DNA from: a virus
Reading direction: 5' to 3' (one strand)
Virus record (IMG/VR): IMGVR_UViG_3300032006_002011
Span: 1-64,000 of that record
DNA length: 64,000 bases
Shown: piece after piece, positions 38,353-48,649 of the stretch
Layout of the letters: every line of letters begins with the position of its first letter
How positions within the stretch are numbered: the first letter of the stretch is position 1
Notes under the pieces: generated by a model
The model's database searches: none
What the model was told of the DNA's origin: nothing
The model's input: the letters and a program-made list of their open reading frames with translations, nothing else
Made by a program: the position numbers and the translations under genes

Positions 38353-40452
38353 TTAACCACACGATTGTGGACACCCAACGGTGGTGTTGGATAATAGTCC
38401 CGCAGTACACAACTCCTGAATTGTGTAGTGAGTGCCTTCTATTGTTCCATTGAAGGTGACTGAAAGACAACATTCGGTTCTTGCCGTTCCATAATTTAGC
38501 GTCACTTTGATGGTTTCCCCATTAAGGGTATCTTGTGCTCCGATTTCTGCAAGAACATATCTGGGATCGTAATCAAACTGATCCATTTCTTGACCCTCTA
38601 CGTGCGGTCTTGCTTCATTTGAGTAAATAGTCATAAACGCAGGTTCGGTGCCTGCTTGGATTCCAGAATTGTAGCATATCTGAATATCCTCTCTTACGTT
38701 CTTCCATGACACCTCAAGTGCATCGGCAGGTGCTTGACCACCCGGCCAAACTATATTGGAGTCATCGGACATGGTGTATAATCTTGCACCATCTGCGTTA
38801 TTAATCAGAGTGGTGTCCGTTCCACCAAGAAGTGGTGTAATTGATACCGATGTACCTATGTTGCTTCGGATAATGGCCTTTCCTGATCCACAACACATCG
38901 CATCACTACACAGATTTGGGAATGTCTGTTGCGATAGGTAACTTGCCCAGTGACCTTCTGGTAGTTCACCGGATACACCCTTAACTCTAAGGGTTACCAT
39001 CTTCTCGGTGATTCCTCCACCTGCTTCGTTTACAGGGAATACCTCCACCGCCGAATCAACATTTCCATCTTGATCAAGGTCGGCGGGTAGTTTAAATGTT
39101 GTTGTTGCACTATCTGTCTGCGATGAATCTGCTTCACTTTCCCACTCCATCTCAACTGCAAGTGTTATTGGCATTGGAATTACGAAATCAACGGTGTCCT
39201 CGGTGGTAGTTCCTCCTACTCCCGCAACACTTGATATTTCAAACATAGCACCCTCATTAATCGTTAGATTCTCGTCTCCACCTGCAATATCGTTATGAAT
39301 GTCACTTTGTTGTTCCTCGGCGCAACGACCTTGAATTTCAAGTTTTGGAATTGAATAAATCGTATTGCTGGATGCCTTTGGTGTTACAATTCTTCCTGCT
39401 CCAACGAAGTCAGTCGTGGGGCGGCCATCAACGGTGTCAGAAAATATTTCCACAAACAAACTACCCACACCATTGACACCCTTGCTTCCATACGATGAAG
39501 TAGTTCCAAATTCAGCAGACCCAGAAGTTACTTTAAACTCAAATTCATTCTCACGTTCTTCAGAACCACTTACATTTGCTTGTGGAAGACTCCTCAATTC
39601 ACCTATATGCTTGCTCATGTGTGTTGGGCCACCACCCACCATTTGATTGTAGTGTAAGATGGCAACCAATGGGTTTCTGCTTGCAAGGTTTCCTATGTTT
39701 ACAACCTTAACATTCCACCCACCAGGAATCAATGTAAGTTCAATAATGTAATCTTCTGTTTCAATCTGACCCCCAGAGGAGGAACCTGTCATCGGTCTGT
39801 AGTGTGTTACAATCCCTTTATTTTTACCCGTGGCAAGTAGCATTGGTTTGCTTATGGCAGGTTCTGCAATCGATAAGTTGTGAGAAAACTTAACTTGATT
39901 AACTGAACCCCTGTCATGTAGGAAATATGTCGTACCTGGTATCAGTGCGTTATTTACCAAGTCCACGTTTTTGAATTCAATTTCACCGAACATAACAATG
40001 GTGGCATCTGCCGTTGAGGATACACTTGTTCCGTCACATGAAGTTTCCACACTTTCAACTATTCCCATTGCCTCGGTTAAGTGTTCAAGATCATTGTTCG
40101 CGGCATTGTTGTCGTATGTTGCCCATGCGAGGGCATATTCTCCGTTGACATAATCATAACGAACGACATCCCCAACTTTTGGACAATCATACGATAATTT
40201 TGCAGGAAATGCAATTCGTCTCCCGTTAATTCCATGATTGGCCAGATGATCGTTTATTGCGTTGGAAACCGCATTTTTTAATGCCTGTTCCGTTTGGTTT
40301 GCAAGTAGTTCTGCTTCAACATTCAAAGAATCGGTTAAATTCTCCGTCTGTTCGTGCTTTACACGAACCGTGATTTCCGAACCACACGCACTTGCACCCG
40401 CAGCCCCACCTGTGCTTGAGCATCCTCTTAAATTGAAAGTAGAACCTGGCAT
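38353..40452 (-). CDS. Putative fibre/decoration-type virion protein
   Basis: KVGDVVR...AMGIV...MFGEI...PGTTYFL...ISKPMLLAT module shared with the 630-aa gene; Cys-rich C-terminus. Confidence 0.5.
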   Translation of the reverse strand: MPGSTFNLRGCSSTGGAAGASACGSEITVRVKHEQTENLTDSLNVEAELLANQTEQALKNAVSNAINDHLANHGINGRRIAFPAKLSYDCPKVGDVVRYDYVNGEYALAWATYDNNAANNDLEHLTEAMGIVESVETSCDGTSVSSTADATIVMFGEIEFKNVDLVNNALIPGTTYFLHDRGSVNQVKFSHNLSIAEPAISKPMLLATGKNKGIVTHYRPMTGSSSGGQIETEDYIIELTLIPGGWNVKVVNIGNLASRNPLVAILHYNQMVGGGPTHMSKHIGELRSLPQANVSGSEERENEFEFKVTSGSAEFGTTSSYGSKGVNGVGSLFVEIFSDTVDGRPTTDFVGAGRIVTPKASSNTIYSIPKLEIQGRCAEEQQSDIHNDIAGGDENLTINEGAMFEISSVAGVGGTTTEDTVDFVIPMPITLAVEMEWESEADSSQTDSATTTFKLPADLDQDGNVDSAVEVFPVNEAGGGITEKMVTLRVKGVSGELPEGHWASYLSQQTFPNLCSDAMCCGSGKAIIRSNIGTSVSITPLLGGTDTTLINNADGARLYTMSDDSNIVWPGGQAPADALEVSWKNVREDIQICYNSGIQAGTEPAFMTIYSNEARPHVEGQEMDQFDYDPRYVLAEIGAQDTLNGETIKVTLNYGTARTECCLSVTFNGTIEGTHYTIQELCTAGLLSNTTVGCPQSCG

Positions 40453-40465
40453 CTTAAATATTTCC

Positions 40466-40915
40466 TTACTGATTTTCCTGTTGTGTTGGGTTTATGTGAT
40501 CAGCTGGGTTTACTGATTTGGTTGGACTGGAGGTAAGCATCCATTGTTGCTCGGTTTCCCCCGTATAGCCACCAACCACCTTAACCGTAGATCTGCGGAA
40601 TATGTATATATTTTCAACAAGAATAACTCCGGTGGAGTCTTGTTTTATATAAGTTATAAACGCAGTATCGTCTTCTGCATTATATCCGAAAATGGCATCC
40701 CTTGGCCAAACCTTATGAAGAAAGCTCTGAAGTTGGCCTATTAAGTTAGCAAATTTAACATCATGTTCTGCCTTGGCAGCTGCGTTATCTGCTTCAGACA
40801 AAGCAGGATTACTAACATACTCCTTGTCAAGTGGTGTATATTCACTTGCATCTCCACGCGAATAGAACGTAAAGTGCTTATATCTCATGTTTCCTATGTC
40901 GTACAATGAACCCAT
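40466..40915 (-). CDS. Hypothetical protein (149 aa)
   Basis: Start reassigned to ATG 40915 directly after the upstream TGA, with a GAGGGA SD. Confidence 0.7.
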   Translation of the reverse strand: MGSLYDIGNMRYKHFTFYSRGDASEYTPLDKEYVSNPALSEADNAAAKAEHDVKFANLIGQLQSFLHKVWPRDAIFGYNAEDDTAFITYIKQDSTGVILVENIYIFRRSTVKVVGGYTGETEQQWMLTSSPTKSVNPADHINPTQQENQ

Positions 40916-40916
40916 A

Positions 40917-42809
40917 TCATATTCCCTCACTTTCTGTGACCTCGGTCCAGTTTCCATAGACCCCCAAAGCACTGACATCCGCGGACAAGTACCACTTCTT
41001 TGTAACGAACTCTCCTGGGGCCTGAATAAATGTATCCGTACCACTCCACCCCGTGTGTGTTATATATGTGTAGTCATTTTCTTGGGCATGGGGAAGGGCC
41101 GATTTTAAAAATTTATTAGCGGTTACATTATCATATGGTTGATCGGTGGTGGTTAAATTCGTAGTTTTGTTTGCGTCACCGCAAAAAGATGATGATGTTG
41201 GATCTGGGTTGGTTGCATTACATTGGTCTATCGGTGATGGATATGCAGGTGAGTTGAGCAATAAAATTTGAGTATCACTGACTGCATAGAACACTGGTTT
41301 TTCATAAACAGTTACCTTACCCGTAACGGAATCACGTTGAAACGGATTGTGTATCGTCACATTTCGGAATGGTGTTATACCAGTTGTTACATCTAACATA
41401 TCCGTATCTGCCCACGTTGCACTTGTGGGATCTTGAAACGCATCCTCGTATTGCTGAGATGTATAATCATACACCGTATTTGACAACCTTGTCTGTGATG
41501 TCGATGTAGTTTGACCCGACTCTGGTTCAAACGAATTCAAGTAGTATGTGTATCCTCGTTTAAAAATTGCATTTGGTCGGTTTTTCTTAACATCACTATT
41601 GACGATACCATTTGGTTTTTCAAAATTTATCATACCCGATGTCTGAACTTGGAAATAGTCGGGGGTTGAAACAATTACAATGCCAAGTATATCGGTGTAG
41701 TAAGAACGGTCTTCATCGGGTATTGGGTTGGTATCATCTCCATATGCAGCTCTTGCGTTTGACATAATATAGTCTCCGTCAATAACCACATCAAGATATG
41801 AAGGTTTTGCACCCTCGTTTACCTCTTCAAACGGTGATGTCGGTGCAGTTCCAAAAGTTTTATCTGCATTTCTTCTAATTTTTCGTTTAAGACGGAGTAT
41901 ATCACCGACCTTGACATTACTACAAGACGCATCAACCTCTATAATAAACTTATGAGGTTCTTCTCCACTCTCACATATCAACCCTCTGTAATTAACAAGA
42001 ACCCCGGATGATTCCGAGGTAGCTACCAATACAGGTTTGGATACATGACTCAACGCGTCACTAAAAGAAGAGGCGGGATCGGTGCTTGAAAGTAGTCCGT
42101 CTAAATTATCCGTGTTGTCAGATGACAGAAAATAAGTGCGACCATCTGAAAGTGGTGTTGGTTGCGGGGTACCCTGTGACATGACGTCTTGGGTAACAGG
42201 TTGCACCGGACTTCCGTCAGGTGCTTCAAATTGTACATGACCCCCAAATGCAATATTAATATGAGTGATCTCAGAAGAATCATCTGACGGGTCTTGTCTT
42301 TTTATTTTTCGGATTACTCCCACAACCTCCATTAGTGATTGGTCGATGATTGCATCGGTTTCCTCAGATTTATAAATTGATGATGCCCTTCGGTATTTGT
42401 TTCCATTTCTAGTTAAGATGTACCCAACTTTATATTGATCGTTGAGAGTGCTTCCCTCGGGGATATAAAAATTTGATATTCCATTGGAGTCAACTGCGGG
42501 GATGGATAACTCGGACGCACCTGGAGAATCTGTAAAGGATACTCCGTCTTCTGATTCGTTTATTTGCAGGTAACCTCCACCCCAACCCGAATAATCGTTA
42601 GGTACATCCGAGAGAGCAGGGAGACTAATACCTACATCTCCTTGATGAATTTCTGCAAGTTGAGACGCAAGTGTAGTTGCCTCAATAGCCATCGTTTCAC
42701 CTGTTGATGAACCCGATATCCCCGAGGCGTCCGTATCCACTACTAGAAGTAAATCCGATTTGGATAACTTCTGCATCTTGTTTAAATCTGTTATTTTTTG
42801 GTTGGCCAT
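40917..42809 (-). CDS. Putative tail-fibre/decoration virion protein
   Basis: MANQKITDL...DLLLVVD fibre-type N-terminus; two copies of the KVG...G(V/I)...G.TY(F/Y)L...KPV module. Confidence 0.55.
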   Translation of the reverse strand: MANQKITDLNKMQKLSKSDLLLVVDTDASGISGSSTGETMAIEATTLASQLAEIHQGDVGISLPALSDVPNDYSGWGGGYLQINESEDGVSFTDSPGASELSIPAVDSNGISNFYIPEGSTLNDQYKVGYILTRNGNKYRRASSIYKSEETDAIIDQSLMEVVGVIRKIKRQDPSDDSSEITHINIAFGGHVQFEAPDGSPVQPVTQDVMSQGTPQPTPLSDGRTYFLSSDNTDNLDGLLSSTDPASSFSDALSHVSKPVLVATSESSGVLVNYRGLICESGEEPHKFIIEVDASCSNVKVGDILRLKRKIRRNADKTFGTAPTSPFEEVNEGAKPSYLDVVIDGDYIMSNARAAYGDDTNPIPDEDRSYYTDILGIVIVSTPDYFQVQTSGMINFEKPNGIVNSDVKKNRPNAIFKRGYTYYLNSFEPESGQTTSTSQTRLSNTVYDYTSQQYEDAFQDPTSATWADTDMLDVTTGITPFRNVTIHNPFQRDSVTGKVTVYEKPVFYAVSDTQILLLNSPAYPSPIDQCNATNPDPTSSSFCGDANKTTNLTTTDQPYDNVTANKFLKSALPHAQENDYTYITHTGWSGTDTFIQAPGEFVTKKWYLSADVSALGVYGNWTEVTESEGI

Positions 42810-42873
42810 ACCTTTAGTGCTAACAATATATATAATAAATATACATATATTTTTATATTTTCATAAATATTAT

Positions 42874-43617
42874 CTATCTTAAACTTTTTATCCTCTTGAC
42901 TATGAATTTTACTAGTTCTGAACGAATTATGTCATCTTCGTTAAATTCAAAGCTATAGATTCCTTTACTTTTTGATTCATCGTCAGAAAAAAGATTAATG
43001 ATATTCTTAAGTCCTCCTTTGTTTCCAATGTCACTTTGCATAACATCGCCGCATATGAAAACTTTAGTGTTTTCTCCGATACGAGTCATCGTAGTAATAA
43101 GTTCTTTTTCGGTCATATTTTGAGCTTCGTCAAGTATAACAAACTTATCATTCCAACTTGCACCACGGAGGAATCCAACGGGGATTCCGTATATTCTTTC
43201 CTCTTCCTGTAAGTATCTCACGTCAACTGCCGACAGGAATTCTTCTAGTTTATCTTTGAATGGTTCTAGGTAAGGAGCCATTTTGTCTTCTTGTGCTCCT
43301 GGGAGAAATCCTAATTTTGAATCGGAACTTTCAACTGCACTTCTAATATAAACAAGTTCACTCACTTTTGCATTACTAATTAATTCTAGACCACAATATA
43401 CACTTAAATAAGTTTTAGCACAACCGGCCGGACCTTGAATGAACATCATTTTTGTATCTTCATTTAAAGCTATATCAATGAATGCTTTTTGTTTGTCTGT
43501 GAACGGTTTGTGCTTTATTTGCAATTTCCGAGCCAACTGGTTGCTTCTCATGTTATCTTGTAGATGGCAATCGTGAATTAAGTTTTTCGTAACCGTTTTT
43601 GATTTCTTGCTTGACAT
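42874..43617 (-). CDS. phoH: PhoH-family ATPase
   Basis: GPAGCAKTYL, LGFLPG, FLRG, ILDEAQN, TRIGEN, GDVMQSD, DIIRSELV. Confidence 0.95.
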   Translation of the reverse strand: MSSKKSKTVTKNLIHDCHLQDNMRSNQLARKLQIKHKPFTDKQKAFIDIALNEDTKMMFIQGPAGCAKTYLSVYCGLELISNAKVSELVYIRSAVESSDSKLGFLPGAQEDKMAPYLEPFKDKLEEFLSAVDVRYLQEEERIYGIPVGFLRGASWNDKFVILDEAQNMTEKELITTMTRIGENTKVFICGDVMQSDIGNKGGLKNIINLFSDDESKSKGIYSFEFNEDDIIRSELVKFIVKRIKSLR

Positions 43618-43658
43618 GATGCTTTTCCTGTTTATTATGACGTGAGTCCGATGTTCTG

Positions 43659-43991
43659 TTAGTCTTGTTCAGCTTCTCCGTCTTTATTATTCATATTTTC
43701 TATTTTATTTATAATGTCTTTTATACTAGCGCAACTTTCATATTCTTCTAGTTCTATATAATAGTCTAGCAGATTTTGTAAGTTTGCTATATAACTTTCT
43801 GATTTGACAACCACTTCAAGATTTGTATTCTTAAATCTAAAAAGAGTTATTTTCTCAGGTGCGTTTTTTATAAAATCAATGGATTCAAAGGTTTCAAGGA
43901 TATGATTCATATAATTTGGTTTACGAGATTTTATATCCGCATCAAGTGATTCGTTGTCCTTGGGTATAACAAAAATGTCCTCATTCATCAT
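43659..43991 (-). CDS. Small protein with a UvrB/UvrC-like helical motif
   Basis: YYIELEEYESCASIKDII; start reassigned to ATG 43991 behind ATACTTAT. Confidence 0.6.
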   Translation of the reverse strand: MMNEDIFVIPKDNESLDADIKSRKPNYMNHILETFESIDFIKNAPEKITLFRFKNTNLEVVVKSESYIANLQNLLDYYIELEEYESCASIKDIINKIENMNNKDGEAEQD

Positions 43992-44039
43992 ATATAAGTA
44001 TTTGAGTTTCTTCAATTTCACGAAAGGTTATTAAATCAA

Positions 44040-44450
44040 ATGGGAAAAGTTTTTAAAAGGTATAAAGGTAACGATAATACACCCACTCCGGTGAAGTCCA
44101 AACCAATTCCAACCAATACCACCCCAATACCAACACCAACCCCAACGGTCGTTAAAAATAAACCACACCAAACACAAACCCCTTCGGCCGAGGAAACTCC
44201 CAAACATGGGTTCTTTGGTCTTGCTAAAAATTTGGCAACTTCTTTAATAGCATGGCAAAAGGCGGGTAGACCCGTGGTAACATCGGAGCAATGGGATGCA
44301 AGACTCGCAATATGCAGAGGTTGTGAATATTGGCAAGAAATAGGAACTACTAATGTAGCAAGATGCAAAAAGTGTGGGTGCAGTAGTGGGAAATTATTAC
44401 TTGCAACTAGCAGATGCCCACTAAACCCACCAAAGTGGGATAGTGTATAA
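44040..44450 (+). CDS. Pro/Thr-rich protein with a C-terminal Cys cluster (DUF6171-like, putative Zn binding)
   Basis: RLAICRGCE...CKKCGC...K...SRCP...KW. Confidence 0.65.
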   Translation: MGKVFKRYKGNDNTPTPVKSKPIPTNTTPIPTPTPTVVKNKPHQTQTPSAEETPKHGFFGLAKNLATSLIAWQKAGRPVVTSEQWDARLAICRGCEYWQEIGTTNVARCKKCGCSSGKLLLATSRCPLNPPKWDSV

Positions 44451-44517
44451 TTATAAAAACTCGGGTAAAAACGAGATAGATGAAACGAAAAGTATTTTTC
44501 AGTTATATTTATGGACA

Positions 44518-44715
44518 ATGAACGATGCTAACTATAAGTTGACTACTGTAAAAGTTTTGTCAGAAAACTACTCCGAATTTAAAATGAAAACCTTAAATTC
44601 AGACATGACTTTGCAAAAATTGGTAAATCGTGCGATTCACTTATATTTGACTGATCCCGATTTCAAGAAACAACTTACCGACACTTCCCCGATAACTGAT
44701 AATAAAAAGTATTGA
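44518..44715 (+). CDS. Small putative ribbon-helix-helix DNA-binding protein
   Basis: KLTTVKV strand followed by two helices (YSEFKMK; TLQKLVNRAIHLYL); start reassigned to ATG 44518 behind ATATTTAT. Confidence 0.55.
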   Translation: MNDANYKLTTVKVLSENYSEFKMKTLNSDMTLQKLVNRAIHLYLTDPDFKKQLTDTSPITDNKKY

Positions 44716-44744
44716 TTGACTTATCTACATAAACATAGTATTGT
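44716..44744 (+). promoter_or_regulatory. sigma70-type promoter, probably giving a leaderless transcript
   Basis: TTGACT-N17-TATTGT, 6 nt before ATG 44751. Confidence 0.65.
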
Positions 44745-44750
44745 TTAGGT

Positions 44751-46010
44751 ATGAAGAAAAAGATATTGCTCCTTGGAGATGATATTCGAGTCGTGTCGGG
44801 GGTTTCCCGTATTTGCAAACAATTGATACTGTCGGGTATACACACATATGATTGGGTGCAGGTCGCTGCTCAAAAAAACAATCCCGACAACGGAAATGTA
44901 ATTGATGTGTCAGATTCGGTCAATTCACTCATGGGTAGTGATGATGCTTATGTTAGACTTTATTGTACTTCGGGGTATGGAAACCAAGCAACTATACGAC
45001 AGATTCTAGCAGAAGAAAAACCCGATGCACTTTTACATGTAACTGATCCAAGATACTGGGGTTGGTTATATAGAATGGAAAACGAAATTAGAAAAAATAT
45101 TCCATTGTGTTATTATCATGTGTGGGACAACGAACCAGTTCCTTTGTATAATAAGACCATATACGAATCATGTGATTGGATTGGTTGTATCAGCAAGGTA
45201 ACTCATAAATGTGTAGAGGGTGCAAGTGGGGTGAACAATCACTCATATGTCCCGCACGGAGTGGATACATCCACATATTGTCCATTAGATAAAGATGTAT
45301 CTATTAAGTGTAAGCAAAACTTACTTGAATCGTCCTGTGAGTTTATGCTATTTGTAAATAATGCAAACATGAGGCGTAAGCAGATGTTACTAACACTTGA
45401 AGCATTTGATAAGTTTTGTAGTAAACTTAAACTAAGTGAATCGCAGTCTGTTGCGATAATGTTGCACACAAACCCAACTAATAATGTTGGTTCAAATCTA
45501 AACATTGCAATTGACAATTTATACCCAAACAGAAATATAATATTCTCCACGTCGGTGGTTTCCGATGAAACCCTAAACCAAATGTATAACTCGGCCGACG
45601 TGACGTTAAACTTGGCAAGCAATGAAGGTTTTGGTCTGGCAACACTGGAATCACTTTCCGCAGGAACTCCGATAATAGTGAATAAGTCGGGTGGGTTGTC
45701 TGAGCAAATTGATGATGAAAACACTTGGGGAATTGGAATCAACCCAAAGGTGCGTAATTTAATAGGTAGTCCAAATGTTCCGTATATATACGATGATATA
45801 TGTTGTGCGGATGACGTTGCTGAAGCAATATATGAAATGTATCAAAAAACCTACGAGGAAAGATGTACAATGGGTCTTGCTGGACGTGACTTTGTAATGA
45901 ACTCGGGGTATACCAATCAAGATATGTGCGAAGGAATTTACACAGGTCTTGAAAGTGCAATAGATAATCATACCCCACGTGAAACATTCAGGTGCTTGAA
46001 AGTAACATAA
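44751..46010 (+). CDS. Glycosyltransferase family 4 (GT-B)
   Basis: VPHGVD, RRK, MYNSADV, EGFGLATLESLSAGTPII. Confidence 0.9.
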   Translation: MKKKILLLGDDIRVVSGVSRICKQLILSGIHTYDWVQVAAQKNNPDNGNVIDVSDSVNSLMGSDDAYVRLYCTSGYGNQATIRQILAEEKPDALLHVTDPRYWGWLYRMENEIRKNIPLCYYHVWDNEPVPLYNKTIYESCDWIGCISKVTHKCVEGASGVNNHSYVPHGVDTSTYCPLDKDVSIKCKQNLLESSCEFMLFVNNANMRRKQMLLTLEAFDKFCSKLKLSESQSVAIMLHTNPTNNVGSNLNIAIDNLYPNRNIIFSTSVVSDETLNQMYNSADVTLNLASNEGFGLATLESLSAGTPIIVNKSGGLSEQIDDENTWGIGINPKVRNLIGSPNVPYIYDDICCADDVAEAIYEMYQKTYEERCTMGLAGRDFVMNSGYTNQDMCEGIYTGLESAIDNHTPRETFRCLKVT

Positions 46011-47254
46011 TGAAAGAAAACAAAATATTATTTATAGGACCCGTTGCATCACGAAGTGGTTATGGAGAACATGCGCGTGAAATTGCAGACTATCTATGTA
46101 AGTGGGATGCGGACTTTCTCGTTACAAGTTGGGGAGATAATCCCATGACTGCACTTGAGAATGAAGATGAAATCACCAAGAAAATTACAGAACGAATTGT
46201 GCCGAAGGCAACGAAAGGTTCATATGACGTGTGTATTCACCTTGGTATGCCAACAGAATTTCAAAAAATTGGAAATTACAATATAGGAATTACTGCTGGA
46301 GTGGAAACGGATAGATGCCCAGTTCAGTTTTTAAAGGGATGCAATGATGTTGACTTGGTAATCGTACCTTCGGATTTTTCCAAAAGCACATTCTTGAATA
46401 CAGAGTGTATAGAAGACGGAAAACAAATTAAATGCACAACTCCAATTGAAGTTATATCCGAAACAGTTAACCCAGCATTCCACTACAAGGAGAACGCACA
46501 CTCAGACACATTAAATTCCAAACTAAATGCAATAACCGAAGATTTTTGTTTTATGTTTGTTGGTCAGTGGGTTTCATCTCAAACAGATGACGGGGGTCGG
46601 AAGAATGTAAATTCACTTATATCAACATTCTGTGAGACATTTAAAAACGAATCAAACCCACCTGCGTTAGTGTTGAAAACCAATGGAGTAGATTTCAGTT
46701 TATTTGACGAGGTTAACACACGACAACTCATTGAATCCGTTACCGATAACTTTGAAAATCCTCCTAGCATTTATTTAATACACGGGGAATTAACAGAACA
46801 TGAAATGGCATCATTATACAACCACCCCAAAATTAAATGCCACATCAGTCACACACGGGGAGAAGGATTTGGCAGACCTTTGTTGGAAGCATCGTTAAGT
46901 GGTAAACCCGTTATCGCACCCAAGTGGTCGGGTCACTTAGACTTTCTTCCCAAGAAAAATAACTTGTTGATTCCGGGTAAGATGAAACCAGTCGGAGTAG
47001 TTAATTCACTATTTGCAGATGGTGCTCAATGGTTTGATGTGGACGTTGACCGCAGTCGTGAATTAATGAAAGATGTCTATGTAAATTACGACAAACATCA
47101 GAAACGTGCAATTGCATTGGCAGATGATAATCTTGAAAAGTTTAGTAGAAAGTCAATATTTAATATATATGACAATATATTCAATCAATATATTCCCCCC
47201 AAGAAACGGGAAGTTGAATTGAAATTACCTAACATTAAAAAACTACCGACTTAA
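46010..47254 (+). CDS. Glycosyltransferase family 4 (GT-B)
   Basis: SRSGYG, IVPSDF, RKNV, RGEGFGRPLLEASLSGKPVIAPKWSGHLDF; TAATG overlap. Confidence 0.9.
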   Translation: MKENKILFIGPVASRSGYGEHAREIADYLCKWDADFLVTSWGDNPMTALENEDEITKKITERIVPKATKGSYDVCIHLGMPTEFQKIGNYNIGITAGVETDRCPVQFLKGCNDVDLVIVPSDFSKSTFLNTECIEDGKQIKCTTPIEVISETVNPAFHYKENAHSDTLNSKLNAITEDFCFMFVGQWVSSQTDDGGRKNVNSLISTFCETFKNESNPPALVLKTNGVDFSLFDEVNTRQLIESVTDNFENPPSIYLIHGELTEHEMASLYNHPKIKCHISHTRGEGFGRPLLEASLSGKPVIAPKWSGHLDFLPKKNNLLIPGKMKPVGVVNSLFADGAQWFDVDVDRSRELMKDVYVNYDKHQKRAIALADDNLEKFSRKSIFNIYDNIFNQYIPPKKREVELKLPNIKKLPT

Positions 47255-47255
47255 A

Positions 47256-47978
47256 ATGAGAACTTTTTTTCCTGCATACCGACGTAAAATGGTGGCGGGA
47301 TTTGTTCCCACCCACATATCACGGATACTTCGGGGTCAAATAATTACATTTAGATACCCCGAAGACAGAAACCGAGTACCAACGGGAGGAACAGGTACAG
47401 TACCAAGATTGGTATTTGTTTTAAACAACCGAATCAATCCAAATGGTAACGGACGATTGTTACACGGATTAAATCTGTCTCACATACCTTGGGTGCAATT
47501 TAGAACATTTATTAAAAAACTAATGGTTCAAGATACCTTGACATTAATCAAAAGAAGATACGACATAAAAGCACCTATTAATGAATTGATTGAAAGACCC
47601 AAAACATTCTACTCACAATATATTAAAACATATCTGGGGGATGTTCATTGTTATCGTACATATTTTGTACATTTAATAAAACAACCCAAAATGGGTATGC
47701 TAAATTATGCTTCGATATTTCCACCTGCAAACAAAACTGCACGGGAGTTACTTGTCAGTAAAACCGAAACACTAAAAGATATACAGGAAGAAGTTAGAAT
47801 ATTAAATGATATTATTAACGTAAATACAATGAAATTAAAAGACGATAATTTTAAGCAAATAATAATGTCTCGGTTTGGTAGTGTTGAAAACTTTGTGGAA
47901 GCTGTTCTTGATATCGAAAACTATATAGATGAAACTTCTACAACTGACATGAACGAGATAGACGATTTATTAAAATGA
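47256..47978 (+). CDS. Hypothetical protein, weak resemblance to T4 gp2 DNA end protector
   Basis: GQIITFRY...PRLVFVL...LHGLNLSHIP...HCYRTY pattern. Confidence 0.4.
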   Translation: MRTFFPAYRRKMVAGFVPTHISRILRGQIITFRYPEDRNRVPTGGTGTVPRLVFVLNNRINPNGNGRLLHGLNLSHIPWVQFRTFIKKLMVQDTLTLIKRRYDIKAPINELIERPKTFYSQYIKTYLGDVHCYRTYFVHLIKQPKMGMLNYASIFPPANKTARELLVSKTETLKDIQEEVRILNDIINVNTMKLKDDNFKQIIMSRFGSVENFVEAVLDIENYIDETSTTDMNEIDDLLK

Positions 47979-48649
47979 GCAAATCAATAAGTTATGCAAT
48001 AACCACCCACAACGAAACCGATGTATTGGGCGAGTTGATAAATACTTTACAAGCGTATATAAAAGAAGAGGATGAGATGGTTATACTTGATGATCATTCA
48101 GATAACCCACAAACTTGCAATATACTAAAGAACTTACCAAACGTACATAAATCAAAGTTCACCGGCAATTATGCCGACCACAAAAATAACTTAAACAACA
48201 AATGTAAAAAGGATTATATTTTTCAGTTGGACGGTGATGAAGTTCCCACCGAATTGTTATTATACAATATAAAAGAAATTATAAACTCAAACGATGTTGA
48301 TTTAATTTACTTGCCACGGGAAAACATAATAAACGGCATTGAGGACTTTCATCTTAAAAAGTGGAAATGGTCAAAGGATGACAAAGACCGAATAAACTAC
48401 CCAGACTTTCAAGGAAGGGTTTACAGAAATACAGAGCAGATTAAGTGGGAAAGACCACTACATGAATACATAACAGGTCATGTAACTTGGTCAAAGATCC
48501 CACCAAACTCGGGATTGGATCTTATTCATATAAAGGACATAGAAGTTCAAGTACAAAGCAACAACAGATACGACAACGACTACGATAGAAATGATAACTT
48601 TTCTTATCGTCAATCGGTCACCAAGCAGAAAGATGAAGACGGAAAATGA
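47975..48649 (+). CDS. Glycosyltransferase family 2
   Basis: ISYAITTHNE, ILDDHSD, YADHKN, DYIFQLDGDE, YPDFQGR, LHE. Confidence 0.9.
   Translation: MSKSISYAITTHNETDVLGELINTLQAYIKEEDEMVILDDHSDNPQTCNILKNLPNVHKSKFTGNYADHKNNLNNKCKKDYIFQLDGDEVPTELLLYNIKEIINSNDVDLIYLPRENIINGIEDFHLKKWKWSKDDKDRINYPDFQGRVYRNTEQIKWERPLHEYITGHVTWSKIPPNSGLDLIHIKDIEVQVQSNNRYDNDYDRNDNFSYRQSVTKQKDEDGK

Noticed and set aside
40916-41044. 128-nt overlap or frameshift between the 630-aa and 192-aa ORFs
   Set aside because: An ATG with an SD at 40915 follows the upstream stop directly, so no overlap is needed
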